Shown here: positions 46,709 through 64,000 of the stretch, piece after piece
Layout of the letters: every line of letters starts with the position of its first letter
Position numbering within the stretch: the stretch's first letter is position 1
NCBI RefSeq assembly: GCF_009914755.1
Contig: NC_060925.1
Source: the human T2T-CHM13v2.0 reference genome, Homo sapiens
Strand: one strand, 5' to 3'
DNA: 64,000 bases
The notes under the pieces: model-generated
The model's database searches: none
Seen by the model: only the letters and a program-made list of their open reading frames with translations
Told to the model about the DNA's origin: nothing
Position numbers and translations under genes: made by a program

Positions 46709-47679
46709 TAACTGGAAGCTCCCCTATGATCCTGAGGTTCCAGGGAGAGAAGGGGTTCTCCCTGGAATGTGTTCTAAGCTAAGCCTTCCAATGCTCTCCT
46801 GGGAATGCGCTCTAGGCTAAGTTTTCCAATACACAGATTTACATGGGGAAGGTAGGTTACTGGTGAGATTAGAAGCCTTTATTTTTCAGTGAAAGCTGGG
46901 AGTCCAGAGATGACAGTAGAAGGCACAGCCAGCTCGTAAATCAGCAGCATTCAGGGCTCTGGACAGCCTCTCTATCAGCAAAGCAATTGATGCTTCTGCC
47001 AGGGAGGCTGCAAAGAAGCTGTTCATCACTACCTCATTTGGAGACTTGACACCCAAATGGAGGCTCTAACAGCCAAGTTCATAGATCTGAGCAAAGCGCA
47101 GAGGCGTCAAATCTGTGTACACCAGTCTGCTAAGTCTTCAAGGGCCCTGAGGGGCAGGCTCTTCTCAGATGCTGCTCTGACTCTCTGAAGGCCTTTACAA
47201 CCAAAATGAAATGAAATAACTTAAGTCCTAGCTCAGGGGCAGGTTGAGAGAGACCCTCAACATGGCGATGTCAGGTACTTTGGGCCAAAAGAGAGACCCA
47301 GGAAACTGTTGCCATTGTGTTCTCTACCTCTGTCCCTCTCCAGCTGGGCTCGAATTGTCTCGTTCTCAGTGATGTGAGTCCACATCGTCTTATCATGGTT
47401 CCCCTGTACAGCCTAGGTCTTCATCTTCCCAAAAGCCATGGGAAGCAGACTACTTTTTCCAGAACAGCTAACTGACTGTGCTCAACCTTTATGACCCAGT
47501 TCAAACAAGAGCCCCTCTCTGAAGCTTCCCTCCAGGCCAACTCCAACTGAGTCCCTCCCTTCTTGGCCCCATAATGCTAAACTGACAACTTGGCTATGGC
47601 ATTTAAAGCTTTAATAGTTCCTATATGGATTGACAACAGTATATGCAAATACTTCAAATATATACGTATCACAAGTTTG

Positions 47680-48230
47680 TGCTTGTGACTGAGAATCTAA
47701 AATGGCCTCCAGTGATCCCTGCCTGTCTCCAGGCATTCATGCCCTTGTGTAATTGCCTCCCCTAGAAGGTAGGCAAGACCTGTGACTTGCTTCTAGTCAA
47801 TAGAAGATGGTAAAGGTGATGACCATCTCTCCTATGTTTACATTATATAGGACAGCAACTTCCATCTCACTATCAGACTCGATTGCCTCTCTCTCCCTTT
47901 ATGGCTTTGATGAAGTGAGTGATCATACAGAGAGGCCCACGTGGCAAGCAACTGAGGGTGGTCTCCAAATGACCGTCAGCAAGAAGGCCCTCATTCTACG
48001 AAGCCACAGGAATTGAATCCTGCCAACAACCTTGTGAGTTGGGAGGCAGATCTTTTCCCAGTCTAGACTTCAGGTGAGACACCAGCCCTGGCCAATGTTT
48101 TGACTGCAGCCTTGAGAGAGAATCTGAAGTAGAGGAGCAAGCTAAGCTATCCCCACAGTCCTGCCCCACAGAAACTGTGAGAATGTGTATTGTGGTAATA
48201 CCACTGGGCAGCAATAGATAATTAATACAG
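47680..48230 (+). mobile_element. MLT1E/F-type MaLR LTR
   Basis: AAAATGGCCTCCAGTGATCCC...TGAATCCTGCCAACAACC...GCAGCAATAGATAATTAATACA. Confidence 0.75.
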
Positions 48231-48578
48231 CACGCAAACTCTCAGCTGATAAGACATGCAATCAAAGGAGTGTGGAGACTGCTACTAAACACCTCTAGAC
48301 CCGCAGAGGAAGGCTCCATCAAACAGCCAAAGGCTAGCAGTGAGAACCTGCACGTTTTAGTGGTAAAAAGAACATTTGTCTAAAAAATGGGAAAGTGAAA
48401 AACCTCAAAAATTGGCTTCCCAAGACTTAGATATGAGTCCCAGCTCTGCCTCTAAGAGGTAGGTGATCTTAGTCAGCCCAGATTTACTCAGCCCAGCCTT
48501 CTCATCTATACATACAATGTGGTCAAGAGGGCCAGTAAGAGTGGCCAATGAGAGAATAAACTAGGAAATGTTTTGTCA

Positions 48579-50597
<2,019 letters not shown>

Positions 50598-50942
50598 TTA
50601 TAAAATGGAACAAACCCATATTGTGTTCTAGGAAAGGGTTCAGGGAGAAGAGAGTCCCCTCTACTGGGACCAAAGGCAGGAGCTCCTCTTACAGAAGAAC
50701 CTAAGAGCTCATGTTATCCAACTCTATAAAGCCAGTATCATGTGGATTTCAAAACAGAGGACTTCAATAAGAGGAACACAGAAACACAGACATGCACATG
50801 CACAAACCCACGCTGAACTGTGCAGAAGGATGAAAGGGTCTGGCCCTCTGTGCTTAAAGCTAACACTAACAGAATTGATACACCTGCCCATGTTTTATGG
50901 CACCACACAGCAAAATAAAAATAGAATCTCTTACTTTCCTCA

Positions 50943-51032
50943 TTAGCTGGACTTGGCTGCAGCAACTGTTTGGTTTGGAGTAGCTGTAGTTGTTGGGAGA
51001 TGGTCCATCTCTGGTGCATCAAAAAAGTATGC
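50943..51032 (-). CDS. YIPF1: YIPF1 last coding exon (AYFFDAPEMDHLPTTTATPNQTVAAAKSS*)
   Basis: CCCCACAG acceptor; TAA at 50945-50943 followed by TGA; exon runs to 50935 then GTAAG donor. Confidence 0.95.
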   Translation of the reverse strand, partial: AYFFDAPEMDHLPTTTATPNQTVAAAKSS

Positions 51033-52445
51033 CTGTGGGGAAAAAAAGACCCAGGAGGGAGTTAAAAAGACAGTGGTCCGGGTAAGTGTTTTTTTAGACT
51101 CCATGCTAACAGTACTTTTGGACTCTCACAGCCCCTAAGTTCTTCCTACCATATTTGCCATCACACTAAACTACAACCATCTCTGTTTACGTTTGTCTCA
51201 CTAAATTGTGCATACTTTAAAAAATTTAGCTATCATGTACTGAGCACTTACTATATTACATGACTTACTCTTAATAACCCTATGAGGTTGTTAGGATTAT
51301 CCTCATTAGACAGATAAAGAAACTAAGGCTCAGAGAGACTGTCATTTGATCAGGTGAACATGGCTAATGAGTGGTGAAGCCAGAACTCAAAGCTAGGTCG
51401 GTCTGACTCCAAAGCACAAGCTCTTAATCACAACATTATACAGTCTTTCCTCCAGGGCAAAGACTTCTTCATCTTTGTGTCACCAGCACCCCTGCACAGG
51501 GCCTGGCACAGTATGTAACCAATCAATACCTAATGAACTGAACTACATTAGCTTGCTGCTAAACTAGTTAGTTGGCTTTCTGCAAATACCTTGAAAAGAG
51601 AGTGCTAGGCATGCTTTCCCTAAAAATTCTTCAGCTGGGAAATGAAAGGTTTGCTAAGTGCTTCCACTCACCATCTACAATTTAACGGTCAAAAGTCAGA
51701 AGGAGGTAAAGGAGGGAAGACATAAGGTCTAGAGAAGCCTAACTTGAGCGAAGCCAAACTTGAGCCCAGGAAAATACCAATCTCACTACCCTTGAATACT
51801 GGTTGTTCAAAGGAAAGGTGAATCTGTTACTACATCAAGGCTCACTGAATGTTCATGATACCCCCTTGGGGTCAGTGCCCTTAGGAAGGTACACTGTTGG
51901 AAAGCCAACAACCATTTTTCACCAGCTCTGCTCTCTATCAGCCAGAAGGGGGCACCAACACAACATGTTGGAGCTCTCCCCTACCTGTTGCTATTCCATG
52001 TTAACTCTTTTTGAAAAGTTTCCAGATGATGTCTTTCTCTGCAGACTCCCTCTAGTTTGCCCCATTCCCAAAGCAACTCTATTACTTTTAAGAGGCTTCC
52101 TCCTTAGGAACCCTTCCAGCAGCTGTTTTCTGGGGCAAGGAAAGAAGAGTCCCTAACTTAAGTGGGGGATGGGGCCACAGTGCTAGTGCTGGGCTCCTCC
52201 AGTTCTCCCTCAGGTACACTGTGCCACAAGCCCCCAGGATGCAGGAACAAAGCCTTTCTTCCAGGCTACTGCAGGGTGCCCTTGTAAGACAGAATGAGCA
52301 AAGAGGCCCAGCTTCTACACCTGGCTCTGCTATTAGCTCACACTGTGACTTTGGACAAGTCGCTCCACCTGCTTTGGCCTCAACTTTCTGATCTATAAAA
52401 TTAAAGGATTAGAAAAGATGATCTTGGGGCTGGTGTGGTGACTCA

Positions 52446-52600
52446 AGAGAGAGAGAGAGATTGGGTGTGGTGGAGAGAGAAGGAAAGAGAGTGAGAAGGA
52501 GAGAGAGAAGGCAGGCAGGGAAGGAAGGAAGGAAGGGAGGGGGGAAGGAAGGAAGGAAGGGAGAGAGAGAGGGAGGGAGGGAGGGAGGGAAGAAAAGTAA
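52446..52600 (+). repeat. Polypurine (GA/GGAA/GGGA)n tract, followed by an Alu (52610-52900)
   Basis: Direct reading. Confidence 0.9.
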
Positions 52601-52691
52601 ATAAGATCTCAGCTGGGTGTGGTGGCTCACACCTGTAATCTCAGCACTTTGGGAGGCCAAGGCAGGTGGATCATTTGAGGCCAGGAGTTCA

Positions 52692-52946
<255 letters not shown>

Positions 52947-54585
52947 TCATTAATTCCAAAAATGCTTAATAACAATCACAGCCATCATTTGGGGAATGCC
53001 TACTGTGCACCAGACATATACTTGATCATTAATCTGCTCAAAAGTGCTGTAACAGGCCATTTTATCCCTTTTAAAGATGAGAAAGCTGAGGCTCAAAGAA
53101 ATGGAGATTTTCCCAAGGCTAGACAACTATGTGTCTGAGCTAGGATTTCAATCCAGTCGAGTCCATCTCCATAGTCTGTGCTCTTCTAATTCTCCAACAC
53201 TTCCTGCAATTTGGCACCTAGTCTATGTCCGGTCCGGATCTAGGCACCGTGGAGACCTCAAAGCTGAATCAGCAGGTTCTCTGTGAGTAGGGGTAGGGCA
53301 CAGCTCCCTGTAAAAGCCAGCAGTAACCACCTCAAACTTAGGCTTGTACATCTCCAAACATACACCAAGGGTGCAGCCTCTAGGTGCTTCCTTAGTCATC
53401 CCTGCCAGTGTGTTCTTGTATAACTTAGACATCATTTACATGTGCAATCACCGAGGGGTCCCTGGCAAGTGTGGGGCTGTTATATGCTTCACTGCACTAA
53501 GGCAAAAACACCAATCCGTGTTCCCCAGGGGAGAGTGAGGAAGCCAAGCTGTCTGGTTCAGCCGGTGCCCCTCAGCTCAAATAACTCCCCTGCCAGTTCC
53601 TCTCTCTGCCCTAATAATAATGTCTTCCATTTACATGACTCGTCATATTTTCCATGCTGCATATATCATTCAATCCTTGCAACGTAAAGATGTTGCCATG
53701 GCATGCACGATCGGCCCCTGTTTCTAAGTGAGGAGGCAGGAGTCCAGAGAAGGGAAATCACCCAACCAGGTGACAGTGGAGCTAGGACTGGAACCCAAGT
53801 TTCCTAACTTCTGGCTCAGCCCTTCTGCAGCGCACAATGCCTCCAGAAGAAAAAGGAGGGGCTGGTCACTGTGGAGAACAAAACCCAGGCATGATGGGCC
53901 CCTGGCTAGACACCTGACCACGGGATGGTTCCCTTCCTCCAGAAAGAGAAAACTGAGCCTTCCTCTCCAGGAAGAGGCCCTGCACCCCACAAGGACCTCC
54001 CTGCTCCACAGTCCAACCCGTCCCGCTCTTCTGAGTCCCTTACAGACTGAACAGCCTCTTCTGTCTCCTCATCTCCACTGCTTTCTCATCCAGGTGTGTA
54101 ATGGGTAAAAAGTTCAGGAGAGATAAGAAGATGCCAGTGAGAGGCAACAAGGAAGGGCATTGTCATTAAGAGTGGGAGACTTCAGCTTTGGCCCGGGTAC
54201 CAGCTGTGGGACCTTGGACCACTCTTACTTGGGTACTATGGAGGAATAAGCAGCATACTGGCCCTGGCAGTGTCTGACGACACAGGCTCCTTTAATGACT
54301 TTGCATCTGAGGAACACTTCACAGTATATGGAGGGCTTTCACAGCCAGCTCATGGCATCTCACAAAACCCCAAGAAAACAACAATCCCTTTCACAGATGA
54401 GGAAACCAAGGTTCTGAGAAGCAAGTCTCTTGCCTAGGTTTGCAGCGCTGAGCATCTCTCAGTCCAGGGCACTCCCTGCTTCAGAATTACGCTCTTTTAG
54501 AAAGTTCCTGAGCAGCAAGATGGGCAGGTAAATCCTGGTTTCAGCGCCATCTGCCCCAAAAGGGAACAATAGGCACAGGAGGTAA

Positions 54586-54921
<336 letters not shown>

Positions 54922-56183
54922 GAAGTGGGTTCTTAATAATAACCATAATAGCTCCCTGCTTCACTGCTCAACCTGCCCTGCTCCTATTCCTTAGAGAAAT
55001 GAGAAGGGCAATGCCTCCTCTCCTGCCTCCTTCTCCTCACCAACTTCTCAGCCAGGCACGTGAGGGGAAGAACTTCAGAAGAGAGACGGGAGATGCCAGT
55101 GAGGGACGAGAGATGCCAGTGAGAGTTGGTCACAATGAAAAGGATGTTCTTCAGCAGACAGAAAAGTCCCAGAAGAGTCACGGCAGCATTTTAAGGGATC
55201 AACTCAGAGATTCCAAGTGCCAGAAATTAATAGTGTCATTCTGCCATGAGTCAAACCAACAGGCCCGCCTTGAGGGCTTAAAGCTTACGCACATGTAAAG
55301 TGCATGTAAACTAGGTTTGTGTTTCACAACTTGGCACTTTTTATGAAACTTGTTTAATGATAAGGCATTGGGATTTCATTAATCTAATGAAATTCTAATC
55401 AGATTAATGCATTTAATGAGACATGGTTATCTACACAAAAATGTTAAAGATCAAATGATGCCAAAGAAACATTTACTCCTAAAATTGCAAAACCTGACCA
55501 AGGGTCTGGAAACCTGCCATGTGGACTAAGACACCTTCCCATGGCCATGTCCTTTCCTTTATTAGGGACCTTAACATTCTTGGACTCTGATTTTTTTTTC
55601 AAAACCTGCAACAGGGCTTGTTAAGGCCGTGGGCAGCAAATTTTGTGCACAGTGTACAGAAGACACAAAACCATGTCTCCTTAGGATCAAAGGAAAGGGA
55701 CCTAATTTATGGGCATTTACAGGACAAGTTCCATGTTAAGTGCTTTATAGATATCATTTTATTTGCCTCTCAGAACAATCTTGTGGCAGGAAATATACCC
55801 ATGTCACAGATTAAGAAATTAAGATTCAGAGAGGAACAATAACATCTCCAAGTTCACACAGCCAATGAGTGACAGAGCCGGTCTTCAATCTGGGCTTATC
55901 TGACTCAAAAGCACATGCTCTCTCCCTAAAAAGACACCTACATATGAACTCAAACACTACTTTAAATGTTGTTCACCTTAAAAGTAACTCCACTTTCCCA
56001 TATCTGACTTCATTTTCAAGCTTTCTACCTTCAAATTTAAAACTTTTAATTCCTACCTTTAAACTTTAAACTTTCTACCTTTAAATAAAACTTTAAATTT
56101 CAAAAATCTTTCTAGGTATGTGCAGAAAATCAGCAAAGACATCCAAAAACAGAATCCCCCACCCCAGCTCCCTAACTCTATAT

Positions 56184-56505
56184 AGTCAGCCCTCCACATC
56201 CACAGGCTCAGCATGCTCAGGCTCAACCAACCACGATGAAAAATATTCTTTAAAAATATGTAAGTTAAAAACACCAATATGACAATAAAAATAATACACA
56301 TTTTAAAATACAGTATAATAACTATTTACATAGCATTTACATTGCACTAGGTATTATGAGTAATCTGGAAATGATGTAAAGCACATAGGAGGATGTCTGT
56401 ACACCATTTTTATATAGAGAACTTGAGCATCCATGCTTTGGTATCCATAGAGGGTCCTGGAACCAACCACACCCCCACAACCCCCATACCAAGGAACAAA
56501 TGTAT
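56184..56505 (+). mobile_element. MER2 (Tigger-type)
   Basis: AACTATTTACATAGCATTTACATTGCACTAGGTATTATGAGTAATCT and GGGTCCTGGAACCAA signature. Confidence 0.8.
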
Positions 56506-56625
56506 ACAGACACTCATCCACACCTATTTCCTCTGGTCAGACCCCAAATTCTCATCAGATTACTGAAATTAGGCAAAACCAAAGACTAAAGCCAAATTCT
56601 CATAATTTCACCACTTCCCATGTAG

Positions 56626-56979
<354 letters not shown>

Positions 56980-57078
56980 ATGGACTCAATTTTAAAAGAA
57001 CTGTTGTGTCTAACAGTTTGAGGTCTTTTAGCATTTGGATATAAAACACACCAAAAGAATATACGACTGAACCCATAC

Positions 57079-57261
57079 CAAGCAGCCCACAGAAAGCAGC
57101 ATATGGAGCAACACAATTGTCACAATTGTGGCCAATGCAACGCGTCGGTTATCCTCACGAACAGCTGGCCAAAATGTCATTGCCAAGAGAGATCCTGAGA
57201 TGCCCAGGGCAATCATGACTAGAATCCAACGAACAGCTTTCTGGGGGATAATCCACAGTAT
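57079..57261 (-). CDS. YIPF1: YIPF1 coding exon (ILWIIPQKAVRWILVMIALGISGSLLAMTFWPAVREDNRRVALATIVTIVLLHMLLSVGCL)
   Basis: TTCTTTCAG acceptor, GTATGG donor; 183 nt; phase 0-0. Confidence 0.96.
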
Positions 57262-57636
57262 CTGAAAGAAGAGAAAAGGAGGAGCGGGGAGTTCTTGGGA
57301 GGCATTTGTTCATTCCAGGCACATATGTTTACAAAGGCCCCTGAGCCAATCAGCAGCTGGGCCCCCATTGCCACTCTGGTTTTTCAGTACAGGCTGGAGG
57401 AACACCACCAGCATGTAGACTGAGGCATATGCTTTTATAACAAAGGGCCCAAGATCCAATGAAGGCACTAGGCTCCCCAGACCCCTTTCATGCTTAACTT
57501 CTAACTTCAAAGGAGATTTTTTCAGAAGAACATGAGTATTGCGCTGGAAATAATGATGGTAGGTCAAATTCTTGGTTGAAGTTTCTACCAAGAACAGAGC
57601 ATCACTCAGAATCTACTCCCTAAGTATGGTACTTAC

Positions 57637-57803
57637 TGCGGTGGGGATATAAATGAAGAGGGAATATCCATAGACACACACAATCTCCAGAAATGAATAG
57701 GAGACGATGTTCATAACTTTGCTGTTTCTCCACATGAGGAAACCCCAGAGTGCAAGAGGAACCAGCCAGGCATAGGCATAGATGATGGTAGCTGCTATGG
57801 ACA
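57637..57803 (-). CDS. YIPF1: YIPF1 coding exon (VSIAATIIYAYAWLVPLALWGFLMWRNSKVMNIVSYSFLEIVCVYGYSLFIYIPTA)
   Basis: CTCAG acceptor, GTAAGT donor; 167 nt; Yip1-domain GYS motif; overlaps ORF 57613..57840. Confidence 0.96.
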
Positions 57804-58225
57804 CTGAGGATGACAGGACACAAGTTTCAATCTCCATCATGCCTTTAGTAGACTATCAGAGCACTTCCAACACCTTATTGTACTTAAATGCTAACATGTC
57901 AATTGACTTCAGTGGACCACGGAATCATGTCTTACTGGTCTGTAATCCCTGAGCTTGGTACAGTACCTAACACACAGTAGGCACTTTAGAAATGTTTGTT
58001 GAATTAATGAATCTTTACCATTCGTCTTTGTGGTGAGGATCAATAGTCTCTCATATGGTTTTTATAGGTCATTTAATAACTAACAACTAATATTATTAAA
58101 CAACTGAACTATGCAACTGAAATACTTCAGAGGGCCACACTGCAAATGTTCATATATAGTAGATATTTCAATCAAATAAAAACCAACTATCCCCTTGGAA
58201 GAACATGTTCTCTTCCTCGGTATAA

Positions 58226-58556
<331 letters not shown>

Positions 58557-60008
58557 TTAGCAAATGTATTAAAATGCCTTGGGTAGAGATTAACTTGCTC
58601 TGCATGCTCTCTAGAGTTCCTCTGTCTCTGAAATTGGGAGATGCAGCTCACTGATTAACTGCTTGAAATATTCTCCAGTTATACTTTCTTCCTTAAATAA
58701 ATAATTCCGCCACTGTGGCAAAAATGCTATTGAGTGGCTCCTCAGAACAGCAACGTTCAGCATATTCCTGTACCTCTCTCCTCTTCCTCTAGTAGCAGCA
58801 CGCCCTGGAGGATTCCCTTTCCCTCTTCTGGAGTGGAGGTCATAAAGTTATAGGTAAGCCATGGCACCAGCCCTTTCTACATGAAAATCAGTAGGTAATT
58901 CACTTAATGCATCTTGGCAAGAACAAAGACACCCCTAACAATTATAGTCAGACTCTGGTTAAGACATGAATGTCCAAAACATGTTTTAGCTCCCAGAACA
59001 GTTTTTTCACACTGGGAATTGCCTCGTTAGGCCAAATGTAATTCTGCTGATGTACTGCCTTTTTCTTGGATAACTAAGGGAAGAGGAGGAAATTACTCCC
59101 ATGGCTATAGCTGTCACTTATTGATCAACTACTGGGCATCAGGTATTACACTCGGTGCTTTATTGAGAGGCAATGTGGAATAATGGTCAAGGGCACAGAC
59201 TCTGTATACAGACTCCATGGGTTCTAGTTCTAGGAAAAGAAACTCTTGGGGGTAAGTTACTTAACCTTCCTGTCTCAGTTTCCTCATCTATAAAATGGGA
59301 AGAAAAATAATATACTACCTTCTAAGATTAATAGGAGAATTAAATGAATAAAAGCAGGTAAGAACTGTTCTATGTAGAAGAGCGACTGATCAATAATAAA
59401 TGCTCAATCAAGAATTAGTTTTTATATTGTTAACTAATATGTAGCTACATTTATTTCATACAATCTATATTGTCATTTTAGAGATGAGGAAAAGGGGTCA
59501 GAGAAGCTAAGTTGTTTGGTCAAGGTCACATAATTAACAAGTTAGTAGAAGCAGGATCTCATCTCAGATGTGACTCATACTTTTTACATAAAACGGAAAA
59601 ATGTTTATTGATAGGGCCAATGACTACTTTACCAGTATATATATCACATCACTTCCTGATACTGGGATGCCCAGCCAAAGAGGATAAGAACAGGTAAAGA
59701 CTCTCCTGAGTTTCCAGATCCCCAGGCAAAGTGGTTCACTCCTTCTTCTATGTCAATATACCTACACTTATCTCTGATATAGAGGTTAATATGTACTGTT
59801 TACAGCAATAGTCATTTACTAGCTTTCTAACCACTGAACTACTTGAAGGCAGGATCTATATCTCATGGTTAATATTTACTGAATTAAACTCAAATCAAGG
59901 TTATTTGATAGAGTTGGGATTGAATCCAAGTCTGACTCCATGATGGACAAGAAGGGAAAGTGGGCATGGAAGGTAGAGGGGAAGAAAAGAAGGAAGGATA
60001 CATGGATA

Positions 60009-60011
<3 letters not shown>

Positions 60012-60072
<61 letters not shown>
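60012..60072. repeat. Compound (TC)n(CA)n microsatellite
   Basis: Direct reading. Confidence 0.95.
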
Positions 60073-60074
<2 letters not shown>

Positions 60075-60753
60075 CAAATACATATCTTTCTATGTACACA
60101 CAGTGAACTAGCTGAAGGCAGGGTTTCTATCTCATGGTTAACATTTATTGCATTAAACTCAAACCAAGGTTACTGGATAAATAATGGGATTGAATATATG
60201 TGCACATATTTTTGTGTGTGTGTGTGTGTATAGTAATAGTTAATGTTTATTGAACTCTTTTTGGTACAAACCACTATTCTAAGCTTTTTATATATATTAA
60301 CTCTTTATTCTTACAATAGTCCTGTAAGATAAATATTATTATTTCCATTTCACCAATGAAGAATCTGAGGCTCAGACATAAAATAGCTTGCCCAACAGAG
60401 TAGAAGCTAGTGAGTGGTGGAGCTGGAACTGAAGCTAGCAGTCTAGTTCCAGAACTGGTGCTCTTATCCAGGCTACTTACAGCCTCTCGACAGCAGAGCA
60501 GGCAGGGAGAGAGCGAGGGAACTGAGAAAGTGGTACAGGCCAATCTCCGACAAAGCCAAACTTCCTCATTTGGGGGCAGCTGTCATCTGCAAGTCTCTAA
60601 AAGCTGTTTTGTTTTTTCTTCTAAATACCCAATACTGACATAAGAAAGGACGTTTTAAAACAAGAATGTCATTCACAAGCCCATCCCTAGGACACATTCA
60701 TTTCTGCATTTTCCCTTCCAGGCTTTGATCATTTGCAGACTTCTTTCTCCCCG

Positions 60754-61918
<1,165 letters not shown>

Positions 61919-62253
61919 GGAATAAACTGCAGTTGCTATTCGGCCTTGATTTACAGCTTTCCCAAAGATTATGTGGACTCATAACATTGTGAATGTACTT
62001 AATGCCATTGAATTACACATTTAAATGGTAAATTTTATGTAATATATATTTTACCACTGTAAGAAGAAAAAGATTATGTGGATTTATATAGATGGGTGGT
62101 AAACTCATCTACACATTTGAGTAGATACATTGAACCCTAAAACACAAAAGCAGGGCTGCAGCATCTAGAGATGGGGCCCAGGAGCTCAGTGGGTAAAAAG
62201 AACTCAAAGCTAGAAACTGACAGCATTCCAAATGAGTCAAGCTATTCACCAAC

Positions 62254-62370
62254 CTTTTCGGAATTCGGGCACATAATGGTACGTCTTCTCTCCCAGATGG
62301 ATCAAGAAGTTGGAAAGATTCCCACTAATTGCTATGGCAAAGACCAACGTGGCACATATCCAAAAGGGGC
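62254..62370 (-). CDS. YIPF1: YIPF1 internal coding exon (GPFWICATLVFAIAISGNLSNFLIHLGEKTYHYVPEFRK)
   Basis: TTTGCAG acceptor, GTTGGT donor; 117 nt; phase 1-1; carries the GP of the Yip1-family DLYGP motif. Confidence 0.95.
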
Positions 62371-62887
62371 CTGCAAAGGAAACCAGAAAATTCAGAAACA
62401 AGAAAATGAAGCATAAGCCTTTAGATTCTTACAGAATTTCTTATCTTCCTCTTGTATTCATGTTAGCAAAAGAAAATGAATTTTCTAGATGGGATCAACA
62501 CTTGCTGAAGGGAAATTTTTTTTTCAAAGGTCAAACACACATCTCAGTAATTAGCTGCCTTAAAGAAGGTGGGGTGTTGGTACTCCAATCCAAAGGCCAA
62601 AACGCCTTCCACAATTAGGTGAATGAAGACACTGATTTCTGTATAGCTTCTTTTGTTGGAGGATCACCACCGACAAAGAAAAATTCACAGGCTTTTTATT
62701 AAACCTTCCACCAGAATACATGAAGTAAAGATTACTTCGCTTATCTAAGTGCCAAATGTTAGCATCACAGAGAAAGAAGTTAAATCAGACAGAGCTTGTG
62801 CAGCATACAGAAAGAGCAGGGCAAACAGAACACATGAGGGCAGAGTCGATTAAACCTACCAGTTCACCACGGTTGTGTTGAGTGTCA

Positions 62888-62912
62888 GTGTGTGTGTGTG
62901 TGTGTGTGTGTG
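62888..62912. repeat. (TG)n microsatellite
   Basis: Direct reading. Confidence 0.9.
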
Positions 62913-64000
62913 CTTAAGGCTTTTTCTTTTTTTTTTTAATGAAAAAGTAATACAATGCACTATATACACCTACTGTCTACCCACAAAAATTAAAATTAAA
63001 AATTAAAAAAAGTAATATATGTATATGGTCCAGTGTTTCAAAAGGTACAAAGGGAATATGGAGAACAGCAAGATCCACTCCCTCTCTGTGCCCCGGCTCT
63101 CTATCTTTCCTCCCTAAAGCTCACCAAAGTAAGCAGTTTCTGATGAAACCTGCTAGGAATATTCCACTCATGTATATAAGCAAATGCATGTGTATATGTG
63201 CATATTTTATACAGATGATAACATACATATATGTCCTCCTGTGTACCCTTCTATTTTCACCTTAATATAGCCTGGTGAGTCTATCACAGCTACTCATAAA
63301 AATCAGCTTGTTCTTTTTCAATGGTTTTAAGATATACCACTGAGCAGATGAGTGGACCATGCTTTACAAACCTCTTTCATTATTTGCATGATTTCGTGAA
63401 CACTATCCTTGTCTCTCCCCATCTAGAAAAAGTACTATGTAGAACAAATACTATCTTTAGATTGAGAGATTTTAATAAATTGTATGAATTTCATTTTTCA
63501 ATTTCACTAATATTTTGCAACACCCTTTGGGATAATTTCAGGTACCTTGACACGTCACAAAATTACGAACATTACTGTCATAGGTGAGATGACTAGCAGA
63601 AACAGATTAGTACTTTTCAAAGGCAAGCACTGGCCCCTGAAGGTGGGAAAAGGAACACAAGCAATCAAATGGGTATGCTTCAAAAAGTCACCAATATTAG
63701 CTCTCCACAAACTGCCTCTTTACTCACTAGACTGAAAGCTTTCTGCTGTAGACAAGGACTAAATCTCACAGTATTATTCTGAGTGACCACACATAAGAGT
63801 GGCAAAAAAAACCAACAACAAACAAAAAACCCCACAAAGCCCCTATAGCCAAAAAGCTTTACTGAATGAATAAATCTGACCATGTGTTATAGATGAGCTG
63901 AGACCATCCAAGGGTATGACCACAAGTGGCCAAAATATTAACTTACAATACCCAAATAACTAGAAAACCAAGAATATTATGTCCTCTCAGTCATTATTTA

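Noticed and set aside
51939-51957. CTCF-like motif CAGCCAGAAGGGGGCACCA (similar one near 25150)
   Set aside because: Single near-consensus matches are common; cannot be supported without ChIP data

Overview
Human (primate) genomic DNA matching the 1p32.3 NDC1-YIPF1 locus; gene identity comes from recognising the spliced peptides. Minus strand: the 5' half of NDC1/TMEM48 (coding exons 1-7, ATG at 29112, CpG-island promoter with four ZNF143/SBS-like sites) and the 3' half of YIPF1 (four coding exons, TAA at 50943-50945, separate 3'UTR exon with AATAAA at 42625-42630). All 11 coding exons have GT-AG boundaries and consistent phases. The rest is mostly repeats: a near full-length decayed L1PB, dozens of Alus, MER82, MER30, Tigger3a, MER2, THE1 and MLT LTRs, MIR/L2, a U6 retrocopy and an RPL37 processed pseudogene. 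Most entries in the ORF track are Alu/L1/LTR artefacts. I find no convincing new gene system. The most unusual signals are four local template-switch or templated-insertion scars, nested retro-insertions and the promoter motif array. Repeat subfamily names and edges are by eye and approximate.
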